DNA of 63,870 bases, counting the filler, from Trichomonas gallinae (lineage: Eukaryota): NCBI GenBank assembly GCA_008369845.1. It is 7 parts of 7 records of this genome, joined end to end, with 100 filler letters (N's around TTAATTAATTAA, not from the genome) between each part and the next. Parts side by side here need not be neighbours in the genome. Positions count along the whole stretch, not along the records: positions 30,545 to 36,927 come from MRSU01001477.1; positions 37,028 to 41,521 come from MRSU01001478.1; positions 41,622 to 57,007 come from MRSU01001479.1; 4 more parts are not named here. One strand, given 5' to 3'. This document shows, one piece after another, positions 30,921 to 41,939 of this stretch. The notes beneath the pieces are model-generated. The model was not told the DNA's origin, did not search any database, and worked only from the letters and a program-made list of their open reading frames with translations. The first letter of the stretch is position 1. Each line of letters starts with the position of its first letter. Made by a program: the position numbers and the translations under genes.

Positions 30921-33332
30921 ATGGAAAATGAGACAAACGATGCTGGACAAGTAGAGCAGCAAACAAATGAGTCTCCAGACGCTGGGGAAAATGCTGCTGC
31001 TGAAGAAACTAAGCAAGAAAACGAGAATCAAGAAACCGTTAGTAACGAAAATCAAGAAGAAAGCAAACAACTGCAAGAAAATCAAGAAAATACCGAATCT
31101 GTTGAACAGCCACCAGCTGAAGCTGTAGAAAAGGCTCCAGAACAAGATAATGAAATCGAAGAAGCAGAAATACATGAAGAAACCAAACAAACAGACGAAA
31201 ATCATGAAAATACCGAAGCAAATGAGCAACAAGCAGCTGAAACCGAAGAAAAACCACAAGTAGAAAATATCAAGGCAAAAAAACAAGAAGAAGACCAACA
31301 AACAGAAGTAACACAAGAAAATACTGAAACTGTCGAGCATCCACTTGCTGAAGCTGAAGAAAAGACTTCAGAACAAAATAATGAAATCAACGGGGCTGAA
31401 AAGCAAGAAGAAGGTGAAAATCAAGAGAATAGAGAAAATGCTGAAGAAGAACAAGTTGAAATAAAAGAAAGATCTTTAGAACAAAATGATGAAAAAAATG
31501 AAGAACAAGAAAAGCAAGAAACTGTTGAAAATGAACAAGCTGAAGAAAATCCAAAAGAGGAGGAAGAAAAGCACGAACAACAAGAAGAAGCAATAGAAAA
31601 TAATGAAAATGAAGAAAAAGCTGAAGATTCGAAGCCAAAACAGCAAGAAGAGCCTCCAAAAGAAGAAAATACACAAATTTCAGGTGTTCTCGCGAATGTT
31701 GCTTTAATTAATAACGATAACGAAAATACTGAAGAAAAAGCACCAGAAACTGCAGAACCACACGAAAATACTGAAAAGACACCAGAAAATACTGAAAATG
31801 CCGAGCAAAAAGAAGCTCCAGAACATAAACAAAATGAACAACAAGAAAATACTGAGCAAAAAGCAGAAAATCTTCAGTCAGAGCACAAGGAAGAATCAAA
31901 GAAGTCAAAAGATGATGAATATGAATACGAATACGAAGAAGAATATTCTGAAGACGAAAAGAAGGAAGAAAGACCAGCAGAAGAATCACCAAAGCTTTCA
32001 AACATCATCATGGATGCCTTAAAACCTTCTGAATCCAAAGAACGCAATATTCCGGAAGAATCTCAAGAAAATCCACAGAATGCAGACGAATCAAAGGAAA
32101 ATACAAATAATGCAGAAGAAAATAACCAAAATAATGCTGAAGAAGCGCAAAATAATGAAAATAACAGTGAAGTCGCGGTAATTTCAGTCGATGACAAAGA
32201 AAATCCGCAAGAAGTCCATATATCTGTTGGAATTCACGAGCCAGAAAACAATGATGACGATCTTCCACCACGTTCCCCAAGACTTATAGCAACAGCTCGC
32301 TCTCACAGGCCAATTCCGCCAAGACAATCAGATCTATTCGCATTCAGGCGCTCGATGCCAGTATTTAAAGCACCAGAGGTCTCTAAGCAAGCTCTAGAGA
32401 TAAAGGCGAAAGCTCTGAAGCTAGAAAATCTTCCAGTAGTTCCAGATGAAATCTATACACAAGCAATATATTCACTTTCCGAGGACAGAAAGACAAAAAT
32501 ACAAGAGCACAAGTTCAAAGAAGGCGCCACAATCAACAAAGCCATTTTGCACATCCAAGACATGCAACTGAAGCAGAGAAAAGCAAACGCGCAACTCGCC
32601 TGGCAGCAATCAACTAAAGACCAAGAAACAGAACTGCAGAAGTCATTGGACGAATTCGACAAAGAAACAAAGAAGCTAACAAAAGAGCTCGAAGACAAAT
32701 TGCAAGCGCAAAAACAGGAATTACTCGACAAACACGAAAGAGAACTCGACGATCACGAAAAACTGTGGAATTCTGACCAGATGATGAAGATGTTCAACCA
32801 TGTTTCAAACGCATTGACGACAATGAGGGCCCAGATGAAGTCCCTGCTGTTGCAGTGCAGATTCGAAGAAGCAGGCGCAATAGAAGTGATCGCGAATGAG
32901 CAGAAGGCGAAGGAAGAAGCAATGAACCACGAAGTTATGCAAACAAGATTCAACGAGTCCCAGAAATTATTAATGCAGAGACAGGCAGATGAAATCAACA
33001 CGTTTGACAGTGCCGCTCTTGTCAAAGTCCAGAAGTTCCAGAATAAGCGAGCAAGAGAAAGACTGCCGCTTGAAAATAAATTGCGCAAAGTTGATAATTT
33101 CAAAAATATCGTCAACGACAAGGAGAGGCTTTGGAACAGGGAGAGGATGAAGAGGGCTAACGAGTCTGCAGCGACAATGTCAAGGACAATGACTTTGACG
33201 CCTTCTAACAGAATTACACAGAGAGATTTGGAAGAAAGTAAGTTTGAGCTGCTTTCATTGCCGCCATTAAAGTCTAATAGGAAGAAACCGAAGGCTAAGA
33301 AAGAGAAAAAGAAAGAGAATCAGGAAAATTAA
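30921..33332 (+). CDS. Hypothetical protein, Glu/Gln/Asn-rich N-terminus and C-terminal coiled coil
   Basis: 803-aa ORF; acidic low-complexity half followed by long heptad helices and a basic tail. Confidence 0.85.
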   Translation: MENETNDAGQVEQQTNESPDAGENAAAEETKQENENQETVSNENQEESKQLQENQENTESVEQPPAEAVEKAPEQDNEIEEAEIHEETKQTDENHENTEANEQQAAETEEKPQVENIKAKKQEEDQQTEVTQENTETVEHPLAEAEEKTSEQNNEINGAEKQEEGENQENRENAEEEQVEIKERSLEQNDEKNEEQEKQETVENEQAEENPKEEEEKHEQQEEAIENNENEEKAEDSKPKQQEEPPKEENTQISGVLANVALINNDNENTEEKAPETAEPHENTEKTPENTENAEQKEAPEHKQNEQQENTEQKAENLQSEHKEESKKSKDDEYEYEYEEEYSEDEKKEERPAEESPKLSNIIMDALKPSESKERNIPEESQENPQNADESKENTNNAEENNQNNAEEAQNNENNSEVAVISVDDKENPQEVHISVGIHEPENNDDDLPPRSPRLIATARSHRPIPPRQSDLFAFRRSMPVFKAPEVSKQALEIKAKALKLENLPVVPDEIYTQAIYSLSEDRKTKIQEHKFKEGATINKAILHIQDMQLKQRKANAQLAWQQSTKDQETELQKSLDEFDKETKKLTKELEDKLQAQKQELLDKHERELDDHEKLWNSDQMMKMFNHVSNALTTMRAQMKSLLLQCRFEEAGAIEVIANEQKAKEEAMNHEVMQTRFNESQKLLMQRQADEINTFDSAALVKVQKFQNKRARERLPLENKLRKVDNFKNIVNDKERLWNRERMKRANESAATMSRTMTLTPSNRITQRDLEESKFELLSLPPLKSNRKKPKAKKEKKKENQEN

Positions 33333-33955
33333 TATTATTTTATTATATTTTATTATTATTGTTATTAAAGGAAGTTTTAATTGTTTATTTTACATTCTTA
33401 TCGACATCTTATAACAAATTCTATTAATTTTGCATATATTATATTCTTATTATAAAATCTTATGCTAGTCATCTAAAAATAAGGAATAGTTAAGATACTG
33501 ACCAAAATAGTGATGTGTGGTTCATTCATTTTGTCTGAAATAGAAAATTTACAATATATTTCCCTAGCTAACCATCAGCATTTCACACCCATTTGCAGAA
33601 ATTATGATCTTCAAATAACAACATAACCAAGAAGAAAATATACAAAAATTAATCTGATTATTTAATAAATTTTATATAAAATTCAACATTCTAAGTTTTT
33701 GGCTTGAAAAAAGAAGGATTATAAATAATACAAATCATTTTATAATATGTATCAATTAAAAATTTGTAGATAACTAAGCATAATTTTAAAATATAATTTT
33801 ACAATTTAGAATTCGAAAATGTTGTTATTATTAAATTTTCGTCTGCGATTTTTGTTAATGTAAACAAACCTATTAAGAATATTAGTATATAATCATTATT
33901 TATTGCTTCTCAAAATTAAGAGCAGATTTTGAACAACCTTGTTCGATTTTTTGAA

Positions 33956-35575
33956 ATGTTTACAAAATTGAAAGAAAAAATGACCGTTGCTTATAAAGAC
34001 TTTCCTCCAGTGGCCAATGAAGCCCAGGTAACAGGCAACGGCCAGCAACCTAACGTTATGCTGCTCAATATCAGTGTGTCGTGCAATAATCTTCCTAATT
34101 TAGATAAAATTACAACAGCTGATCCAATGGTGTCTTTGCAAGTCAAGGATCCAAAGACACATAGTTTGGTAGAAGTTGATAGATCCGAAATCATTGAAAA
34201 TAACTTGAATCCAAAATTTACACATAAATTCCGCGCTCTTTATCAATTCGAAGCACATCAACCGATAACATTTTTAGTTTTCGATGCAGACTCGTCACTG
34301 TATGAATTAAGCAAGCATGATTACATAGGAATTGCTGAAACTGATTTGCAAACTCTAATTAGCAATCTTGGACAGCCTATTACACTCAAAATACTGTCAC
34401 AATACTCGAAAGAAGCTACAATGACAGTAATTGCAGAGCAAGTTTCGAGTTCTAAAGAAATATTAAAAATGGAGATCGCAGTTAAAAAGCTTAAAAGAAT
34501 GCACACATTCAGAAGAAACAAACCATATGTCATTATCAGTAGATTTACCAAATCAGAAGCACTCGTTCCCGCTTATACTACAGAAACTCGATCCGGATTT
34601 TCTTGCATATTCGATAAATTCAGGATTCCTGTTGCTCAACTCTGCAGCAATGAGCTAAAAATGCCAGTAAATTTCACTGTTTACGATTATCATTCAACAG
34701 AAGATCATAAAGAAATCGGAAGTTGCACTGTTACTATACCAGAAATGATGGACCTACCAGAGATCAATATCATGAAAGGCGGAGAAAAGGTTGGCGTGCT
34801 TAAATTCAAAACTGTTCAATATACTACAGAGCCATTGTTCATTGATTATATCAATGATGGCTTAAAGATCAACATAATTGCAGCGATCGATTATAGCGCT
34901 CTGAATGGCGATCCAAAGGAAGAAACTTCATATCATTATAAAAATCCAAATAACGTTCCAAATCCATATCAGGCTGCAATTATGCAGGTAGGAAGTATCC
35001 TCGCTCCATATGATGCAAATCAAAAATACCCAATTTACGGTTTTGGAATTCATTTCTTTTCATCTGATTTCGCAGTTCTTCCTTTGAGCAATAAAGTAAT
35101 TGATACACAAGTTGAAGGCATAGCGGGACTATTGGAAGCCTATAAAAGAGGCCTTGATAATTATAAGCCAGCCAAAAATTGCTATTTAACTCCAGTAATA
35201 CAACAAGCATTGAGTAATTCGAGTTTATTGGATAAAAAGTCATATACCGTTATACTAATTTTCACCCAAGGAATTATCGAAGATATGGACGAAACTATTG
35301 AATTGATCAGCACGGCAGCTCGTTATGGGATTTCATTCATATTTGTTGGAATTGGAAATGGAAATTTCCAATTTATGGAATTTCTTGATGGTGATGGAGC
35401 TCATAAACTTGTCGATATGTGGGGCAGAGGCATTAAAAGAGATATTGTTCAATTCGTTCCTTTCTCTAAATATGCTGATAATCCATCGAAGCTTGAAAAC
35501 GAAGTTCTCAAGGAACTTCCACAACAGATATGTGAATTCTGCATGTCTAAGGATTATTATCCTAAGGGATTTTAA
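33956..35575 (+). CDS. Copine (C2-C2-vWA)
   Basis: NLPNLDKITTADP, IENNLNPKF, IDYSALNGDP, YGFG, SFIFVGIGNGNF..MEFLDGD, RDIVQFVPF; start is ATG 33956 or 33980. Confidence 0.93.
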   Translation: MFTKLKEKMTVAYKDFPPVANEAQVTGNGQQPNVMLLNISVSCNNLPNLDKITTADPMVSLQVKDPKTHSLVEVDRSEIIENNLNPKFTHKFRALYQFEAHQPITFLVFDADSSLYELSKHDYIGIAETDLQTLISNLGQPITLKILSQYSKEATMTVIAEQVSSSKEILKMEIAVKKLKRMHTFRRNKPYVIISRFTKSEALVPAYTTETRSGFSCIFDKFRIPVAQLCSNELKMPVNFTVYDYHSTEDHKEIGSCTVTIPEMMDLPEINIMKGGEKVGVLKFKTVQYTTEPLFIDYINDGLKINIIAAIDYSALNGDPKEETSYHYKNPNNVPNPYQAAIMQVGSILAPYDANQKYPIYGFGIHFFSSDFAVLPLSNKVIDTQVEGIAGLLEAYKRGLDNYKPAKNCYLTPVIQQALSNSSLLDKKSYTVILIFTQGIIEDMDETIELISTAARYGISFIFVGIGNGNFQFMEFLDGDGAHKLVDMWGRGIKRDIVQFVPFSKYADNPSKLENEVLKELPQQICEFCMSKDYYPKGF

Positions 35576-35740
35576 ATTTAGTTAATTTAAAATTTAGCTT
35601 ATATTTATTTCGAATTGACTTTCTTTAACAAAATATCTTAGTTTTCAACGATTTCTACATATTTGTTCATCCCAAGCAGAAAAATACTCATTTTTTTTTT
35701 TTTCAAATTTCAATTTTCTTTTAATGCTTATATATAAATA

Positions 35741-36927
35741 TTAAAGGTTGCAAATTCGGGACCAATTTTTCGGGGTGTGTTTTCGGTTTTTGTAAAAAAA
35801 AGTGTCAAGAAAGATAAGATTTTATTCTATAAGATGAGTATGGTATATGCACTTAGAGTATGAGAGGCTTGCTTAGTTGTGTATTAAAAGGGAAAAAAAT
35901 CTAAAAATTATTGTTGAAATATTTAAACTTGCGGGAAATATCTAATAATGACGTATGTTATGCATGTATGTGCGCGTTTTGATCAACTTTGTATATGCTT
36001 TTAGAGAATAAAGCCGAAAAAATGAAAGTTGTTGTTGATTTTAGCTTGAATAGAAGAAAAATGAATTCATGTATGCAGTATCAAGTGATTGCTTTATATA
36101 ATGCGAATTCATGGCGATTTTTCATGAAATATTTTGATTACGAATCATCTGAAGTAAAATTGTTATTTGACTTATATTACATCAATGAATTTAATGTAAA
36201 TGCAAAATGCATGCACATTTATATTTCATAAAAGCTATTTTTAAACAATTAAAAATGAAATTTGCATTGATTTTGTAATCACATAAGAAGGTACATCTCA
36301 TATTATGACTTGAGTGCCCATAAACGTGCTTTGATATTTGCTAATTCAAATCAGCAAAACAACTTTTGTCACTTTTATTATTACCCTTGTGTTTTTCAAC
36401 ATTTACCCATTTATAATGCATATAGAACGTAATATCTATTATGGTGCTATATCCAAAATATTGACGAAAAAACCTAACCGAAAACACACAATTACCCTTG
36501 TGTTTTACCAAGATTTACCCATTTGCCATGCACACATAATACAGTAACTAATACAATGCTATATGCAAAATATTAGGCGGAAAACACAACCGAAAACACA
36601 CAATTGCCCCTGTGTTTTACCTAGTTTACCCTTTTGTGGTGTATATAGCACCTACTAACTATTATAATGCTGTATGCAAAAAATCAGGCTTTAAACACAA
36701 CCGAAAACAATGTCAAAACACTGTGTTTTCTCTCAAAAGTGTTTTGTTTTGTGTTTTGTGTTTTTGTTTTTTGTATCGTTGTTTTTCGATGTTTGAAGAA
36801 ATTTTGATTTTTTACCTCAAAAATGCGTTTTCTCGCTAAAAATCGGTCATTTTCTCGCGAAATTTAGAAATCGAAAATAAAAGTTTGAGAAAATCGGAAA
36901 ATTTTGATGTAGATAGATCAAGAATCT
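35741..36927. mobile_element. Possible non-autonomous repeat/transposon end truncated by contig gap
   Basis: TTAA|AGGTTGC boundary, internal 111-112 nt tandem repeats, inverted copy of repeat core at 35775-35788, no convincing coding region, contig ends inside it. Confidence 0.35.
36379..36712. repeat. Three ~111-nt degenerate tandem units
   Basis: AACCGAAAACA at 36476, 36588, 36699; att(a/g)ccc(t/c)tgtgtttt and tttaccc recur in each unit. Confidence 0.85.
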
Positions 36928-37027
36928 NNNNNNNNNNNNNNNNNNNNNNNNNNNNNNNNNNNNNNNNNNNNTTAATTAATTAANNNNNNNNNNNNNNNNN
37001 NNNNNNNNNNNNNNNNNNNNNNNNNNN
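36928..37027. other. Artificial contig spacer
   Basis: N44-TTAATTAATTAA-N44. Confidence 0.97.
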
Positions 37028-37029
37028 AG

Positions 37030-37434
37030 CCATCATGGAGAGGCATCCCACGCGTCTCCTTCACACGCCCAGCTGTTGCTGCTGAAGTTGACCCAATCGT
37101 TAAGCCAACATGCGCCGCTGCACCAGTCGAGACACGCGCCTCCCTCAAGGTTGGTACAGTTGTTATCATCGTTGGTGGCGAGCACCAGGGCAAGCGCGCT
37201 GTCGTCGTTGCTGACCAGGGTGCCGGAATGCTCAAGGTTGCTGGCCCAGTTGTCCCAGTTAACGAAATTTCTCAGGACTACCTTATCGCTACATCCACAA
37301 AACTTGAAGTTGCTGCCAACGCTACAGAAGCCCAAGTCGAGGCTGCTGCTGGTAAGGTCAAGGATATGGTTGAGTACCTTAAGGCTCCATTCACAATCAA
37401 GAAGGGCGACCGCGTCCACTTGATGAAGTTCTAA
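37030..37434 (+). CDS. RPL6: 60S ribosomal protein eL6 (5'-truncated by gap)
   Basis: RASLKVGTVVIIVGGEHQGKRAVVV...VAGP...QDYLIATSTKL...YLKAPFTIKKGDRVHLMKF; strongly biased codons; stop within TAAA. Confidence 0.9.
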   Translation, partial: PSWRGIPRVSFTRPAVAAEVDPIVKPTCAAAPVETRASLKVGTVVIIVGGEHQGKRAVVVADQGAGMLKVAGPVVPVNEISQDYLIATSTKLEVAANATEAQVEAAAGKVKDMVEYLKAPFTIKKGDRVHLMKF

Positions 37435-37573
37435 ATAAAATTGATTTCGCCATATACTTTTAAATCGTATTAAAATTAATAATAACCGACTCACGACTAA
37501 TTTTTCTTTAGAATTCTAAAATATAGCAAAAAAATATAAATTCTGTCAGATCGTAAGTCATTTTTTATCAAAA

Positions 37574-38947
37574 ATGGAAAATCCGAATAATGAGTATCTT
37601 CAAAAAATGTGCAATTCGCAGTTTGGAATACACATAACGAACCACATGAGGTCGCTAAACAACGCTCCGATGATTGCATACCACGATGACGGCGATTTAC
37701 TGGATATCCGCCCTGAAGCTCTTGAAAAGTCACTGGAAACATTCCTTTATAACTCAACAATTGAGCAGATGGAGGGATCATTAGAAGCTTTGGCTTGCAT
37801 AATTGATCGTATTGACCCTTTTCAAGATAGATTGCCGATGGAATACTGCGAAATATTAAGTAATCCGGAATTTTCCTCAAGATTAATACAGATTGCGGTG
37901 AATATTCACCCTCAGTTAATGGTAGATTTTCTCAATTGGATGAAATTTCTTGTTAATGTTCCAAATATTTGCAATTTATTCAAAGAGAACGAATTTATAT
38001 CATTTTTAGTTAGAGTATCATCGACAATAACAGAATTTACAGCAAGCGACATCGCTTTATCATATTTTAAATTATTACGAAAATTAATTCGATTGGAAAA
38101 CGCATATATAGACCTGTTCTTAGACAATGGCTTATTATTTATATGGCCAGTAGCGACAGTGTTCGCTAATTCTCCTCAAATTGCTATTCAATATCTCAAA
38201 TATATAAGTTTATGCGTGAATATATCAAAAAACCTTATACCCAAATGCACAGATCAACTCATTGACTCTATATTTACCGATTTAAAGTCCGTATATGGAA
38301 ACGACACAGAAATGAACATTTTAATCTTCGGATTTTTCTTTTTATTCACTGTCGACGACAAAATGTCATTAATACTGATAAGAAATGAAGTCCATCTCTT
38401 TGTTTTAGAGATTCTCCAGTCAGTTCCTCTTGCAAGTGAACCAGAAGCTTTTGCTGTATTGGCTGCTTGTGCTTCAAACAGTATTGAAGATGTATCATTA
38501 TTAATATCATCCATGATTGACTATCCATACATAGCTATCTTGATAACAAGAGTCAGAACACTCGTTTTCAGATTCATTTGTTCACTTCTACAAGTTTTGT
38601 TCAATAAAGTCCCACACTCAGCGACATACACACTTGAAATCGCCCAGGCTATAGATCAGAGAATACCCTCTATGACCAAGCCAGAAAAAGACGCATGCGC
38701 ACTAACCACGACGACTGTCTTCCAAAGCTATTGTCAGGAAGAGTCCAAGAAACAATGGCTTTTGCCAAACATTTGTCAGAACTTCGTTGACTATGTTACA
38801 TCACTTAAAGATGAAGAGTCTGAGACATTCAAGCCCATTATTGCGCTCATTTGGGAATTATCACAAGATAATGAGCAAATTCGCGAAATTCTTATTTCAT
38901 TGAGCGAATTTGATTTATTAACACTAGAAAATCAAGACAATCAATAG
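37574..38947 (+). CDS. ARM/HEAT-like hypothetical protein
   Basis: TCATTT Inr at 37558; 457 aa of amphipathic helices (FKENEFISFLV, FLDNGLLF, LIRNEVHLFVLEIL). Confidence 0.7.
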   Translation: MENPNNEYLQKMCNSQFGIHITNHMRSLNNAPMIAYHDDGDLLDIRPEALEKSLETFLYNSTIEQMEGSLEALACIIDRIDPFQDRLPMEYCEILSNPEFSSRLIQIAVNIHPQLMVDFLNWMKFLVNVPNICNLFKENEFISFLVRVSSTITEFTASDIALSYFKLLRKLIRLENAYIDLFLDNGLLFIWPVATVFANSPQIAIQYLKYISLCVNISKNLIPKCTDQLIDSIFTDLKSVYGNDTEMNILIFGFFFLFTVDDKMSLILIRNEVHLFVLEILQSVPLASEPEAFAVLAACASNSIEDVSLLISSMIDYPYIAILITRVRTLVFRFICSLLQVLFNKVPHSATYTLEIAQAIDQRIPSMTKPEKDACALTTTTVFQSYCQEESKKQWLLPNICQNFVDYVTSLKDEESETFKPIIALIWELSQDNEQIREILISLSEFDLLTLENQDNQ

Positions 38948-39532
38948 ATATGTTTATATTAGTTTTTAAAAATGTTTTATTTTCATTCAACAATTTTGAT
39001 TATTTCCAAATTAAGATGAAATTACAATCTAAACATATTCAAACGTAAATTGAAACGTAAAAAATAGCTTTCTGATATTTAAATCATATGAGTTTAGCCT
39101 ATATTAACTTTGAAAATCATGAAATATAACTAAACAACAATCATATTATGCACTTTCCAGGAATGATGGAGTTCTAATGTCAATCATTCTAGAAGAACTG
39201 CAACTCACAAAAAAAATATATCTTTTTATTTAATAAATGTATTTGAAGTAAGATAGATAAAAATATATAATAAACTGCTAAAATATGTTATTAAAAATGT
39301 GTTATAATAGATGGTAACTACAGAAAATATTATTCTCGGATAAAATATTTTTTATTATTAAAGTAATTGAAGTAAAACTAATAAATATAGATGATGCGTT
39401 AAAATATGATATTAAGAATGTGCTAAATTAAATAATACTAAGTTGAATAATGAAAATCATTGAGTTGCTTGATGAAAGTTTGTAAAATAGTTGCTATATG
39501 ATGTAAGGATGTGATAAATGACCTTAAAAAGA

Positions 39533-39615
39533 GTTCGCGGCAATTTCGAATTTCGCGGGATTTTTTATTATATGGCGGCAAAAATTGATTGCAAAATGCG
39601 CGGTCATGCGCGAAA
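39533..39615. promoter_or_regulatory. Cluster of E2F-like TTTSSCGC/TTTCGCGG sites
   Basis: TTTCGCGG at 39551; GCGGCAAA at 39575 (rc TTTGCCGC); GCGCGAAA at 39608 (rc TTTCGCGC); ATG at 39625. Confidence 0.4.
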
Positions 39616-39624
39616 CCATTCTTG

Positions 39625-39981
39625 ATGCTTGGAACACTTGACGAGTTTATTGACAGCCTCAACCCGGTGTCATCGCCAGTGATAGACATGGATCAAGACC
39701 TCTCTCTGGAACTTAGCTTGCATGGAGACAAAATGATACATTTATATGACTCGTCATTCTTCACTGATGATAGTAGCATTGATATGTCATCAGAGGAAGA
39801 GATACTACCCTTTATGCAGTCAAACAATCAGAAGAATTCCAATGCTCCGAAAAGTAAACGAAAGATGGCAATAAAGTCTGTCATATTCCATCCTTTTACT
39901 TCTCTACAGAACACTGAAGTCACAGTTCAGCATCTCAAGCGTTTCTTTAATCAAACAAGGAAAAATTCTACAAAAGAATGA
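39625..39981 (+). CDS. Small acidic/basic hypothetical protein
   Basis: First ATG at 39625; coding-like composition amid very AT-rich flanks. Confidence 0.6.
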   Translation: MLGTLDEFIDSLNPVSSPVIDMDQDLSLELSLHGDKMIHLYDSSFFTDDSSIDMSSEEEILPFMQSNNQKNSNAPKSKRKMAIKSVIFHPFTSLQNTEVTVQHLKRFFNQTRKNSTKE

Positions 39982-40390
39982 GCTTATTGCATTAATACTA
40001 CTACCATACAACTGTTTTTAATCATCCACCATTGACAAAACATATTGTTCAAATGTTATTTTATTGAATTTGTATAATTGTTGAATATAGCTTTTTTAAA
40101 TAAAAACTCATCGCCAAATTTAGCTTTTTAATCTATCTCTTTCTTAAAAAGAATAGGAAATGAATAAATATTTCAATGAGAATTTGAATTCTTGTTTTTG
40201 AAGTTTCAATCTTTCATTTTTTAAGTTCTATTGTATTGTATAGTATTAATTCAACTTGCAGTTTGAACAAATGCTAAAATAATTTGATTCAAAATTGTAA
40301 TGCTTATTTAAAAGAAATATAGATAAATGTTGGCTTTAAATAGTGATTTGTTCCATGTCGTAGTTTGAAATGCACTTTTTCATTATTTTA

Positions 40391-41425
40391 ATGTTGTTTT
40401 GATGGATTTGATGCGCAGTAGGATTATTGCGTTCAATAAAAACAGAATGGAAGGATTTTTATCCAAACTGTGAACCGGATTCTATTGTAAATAATGGGGC
40501 AAATCCAGTAACTCAAAATTCCAAAAATCGATTTTACGTAAAACTTTGTTTGTTTAATGAGTTAAAGAGCTCATCCATATATCTTTCTGAAGCAAGTGCT
40601 TCTACAATGTTTCTACTTGAAGATTCAGTATTTAATCGTTGCTCAAGTTCGACAGAAGGAGGAAGCATTAATTATGGCTCTAATGGCCAGTTTTCCCAAC
40701 AAAGAGTCTGTAGTTATCGATCAAAAACATCTTCTTATGGTGTTTTCTGTCGGATTAATGTGTCTAGTGAATATCATAATAAAATTTTCGATTCTTCTAT
40801 TTCTTTTTCTGGCGACGAATCACAACAAGGAAAATACAATATATATTTAATTGGTAATGTTAATATTTCAAACATAAATAGCTCTTTTGCCAAAATTGAT
40901 GGAAGATCCCTCTTCCATTTTGAAAGCATTGCAAGTGACTCAATTTTATCTCAATCAATTTTTTTTAACAACTCTCAGAATATTAACGCAGTTTTTTATG
41001 TTTCTTCGAAAATTCTTGGTTCCTCTTCTACACCTTTCTCAATCCAATCATGTAATTTCTTGAATAACACAGGCTCTCTAGGTACACATAGTCCATTGAT
41101 TTATTCAATGCTAAATCTGCTAATTACAAATAGTAGTTTCATAGGGAACACGATTAATATATATAAGTTTAACATTAATTCTGGCAGTATTACAGTTGAA
41201 TTTTGTTACATCAAAGATGAACAAGGTGACTATGGAAGTCCTATTTATAAAAACAAAATCGTTGACCAATCAAGAGCTCTATTATCTCATTTTGAAACAT
41301 TTGAATGTTTAGCTAAATTTCCACTCTCAATCAAACAAAAATATTATAAAACAGAAAACATGTTTCCATCACGCATATTTGACAAAGTCATTCCTTTAAT
41401 AACGATACCTTTCATCCACCTATAA
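40391..41425 (+). pseudogene. Pmp-like beta-helix family gene with two in-frame TGA codons in its signal peptide
   Basis: Inr-like TCATTA at 40380, ATG at 40391 reads MLF*WI*CAVGLLRSIKTEW (TGA at 40400 and 40409), then >330 open codons with GGSI and FxxN motifs. Confidence 0.7.
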
Positions 41426-41488
41426 CTCAAAAAAAAAAATCTAATTTTAAAAACGATGAAGCTTAAACACCATTAATTTGTGCTTCAT

Positions 41489-41521
<33 letters not shown>

Positions 41522-41621
41522 NNNNNNNNNNNNNNNNNNNNNNNNNNNNNNNNNNNNNNNNNNNNTTAATTAATTAANNNNNNNNNNNNNNNNNNNNNNN
41601 NNNNNNNNNNNNNNNNNNNNN
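41522..41621. other. Artificial contig spacer (preceded by poly-A 41490-41520)
   Basis: N44-TTAATTAATTAA-N44. Confidence 0.97.
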
Positions 41622-41939
41622 GGACTGCACCGAAGCCACCACCGCCTTTCGTATTCTTCGTCGTCTTCGCATTTCATCCGAGATGCTGTTCTAATTTTTT
41701 TCTTTTTTAGCTTTTTTTTGTTTTTAATAATTTGTTTGTTATATATTATTATCATGTAAATATATTCTTGTTTATTAAACCCCAAATCCATCATTTCAGA
41801 TTTCCTCAATTCGAAATCTTCTCATAAATCAAAACAAAACATATCGATGCATTCAGTTTGACCTTCACACCACGAATTAGGCTTCCGTCAGGCCTTTTAC
41901 ACTTCATTATCCGATGCCATCGTTAATTTCCCCACTCTC

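Noticed and set aside
40400..40411. Genome-wide TGA=Trp reassignment
   Set aside because: TGA ends apparently complete genes (17864, 10528, 39981), and long ORFs use TGG without internal TGA.
41455..41520. GATGAAGC/GCTTCATC hairpin followed by poly-A as terminator or retroposon tail
   Set aside because: Only an 8-bp stem; poly-A runs here coincide with contig ends, and no target-site duplication is visible.
41623..41694. 3' end of a gene (DCTEATTAFRILRRLRISSEMLF*) after the gap
   Set aside because: Plausibly coding, but too short to assign or support.
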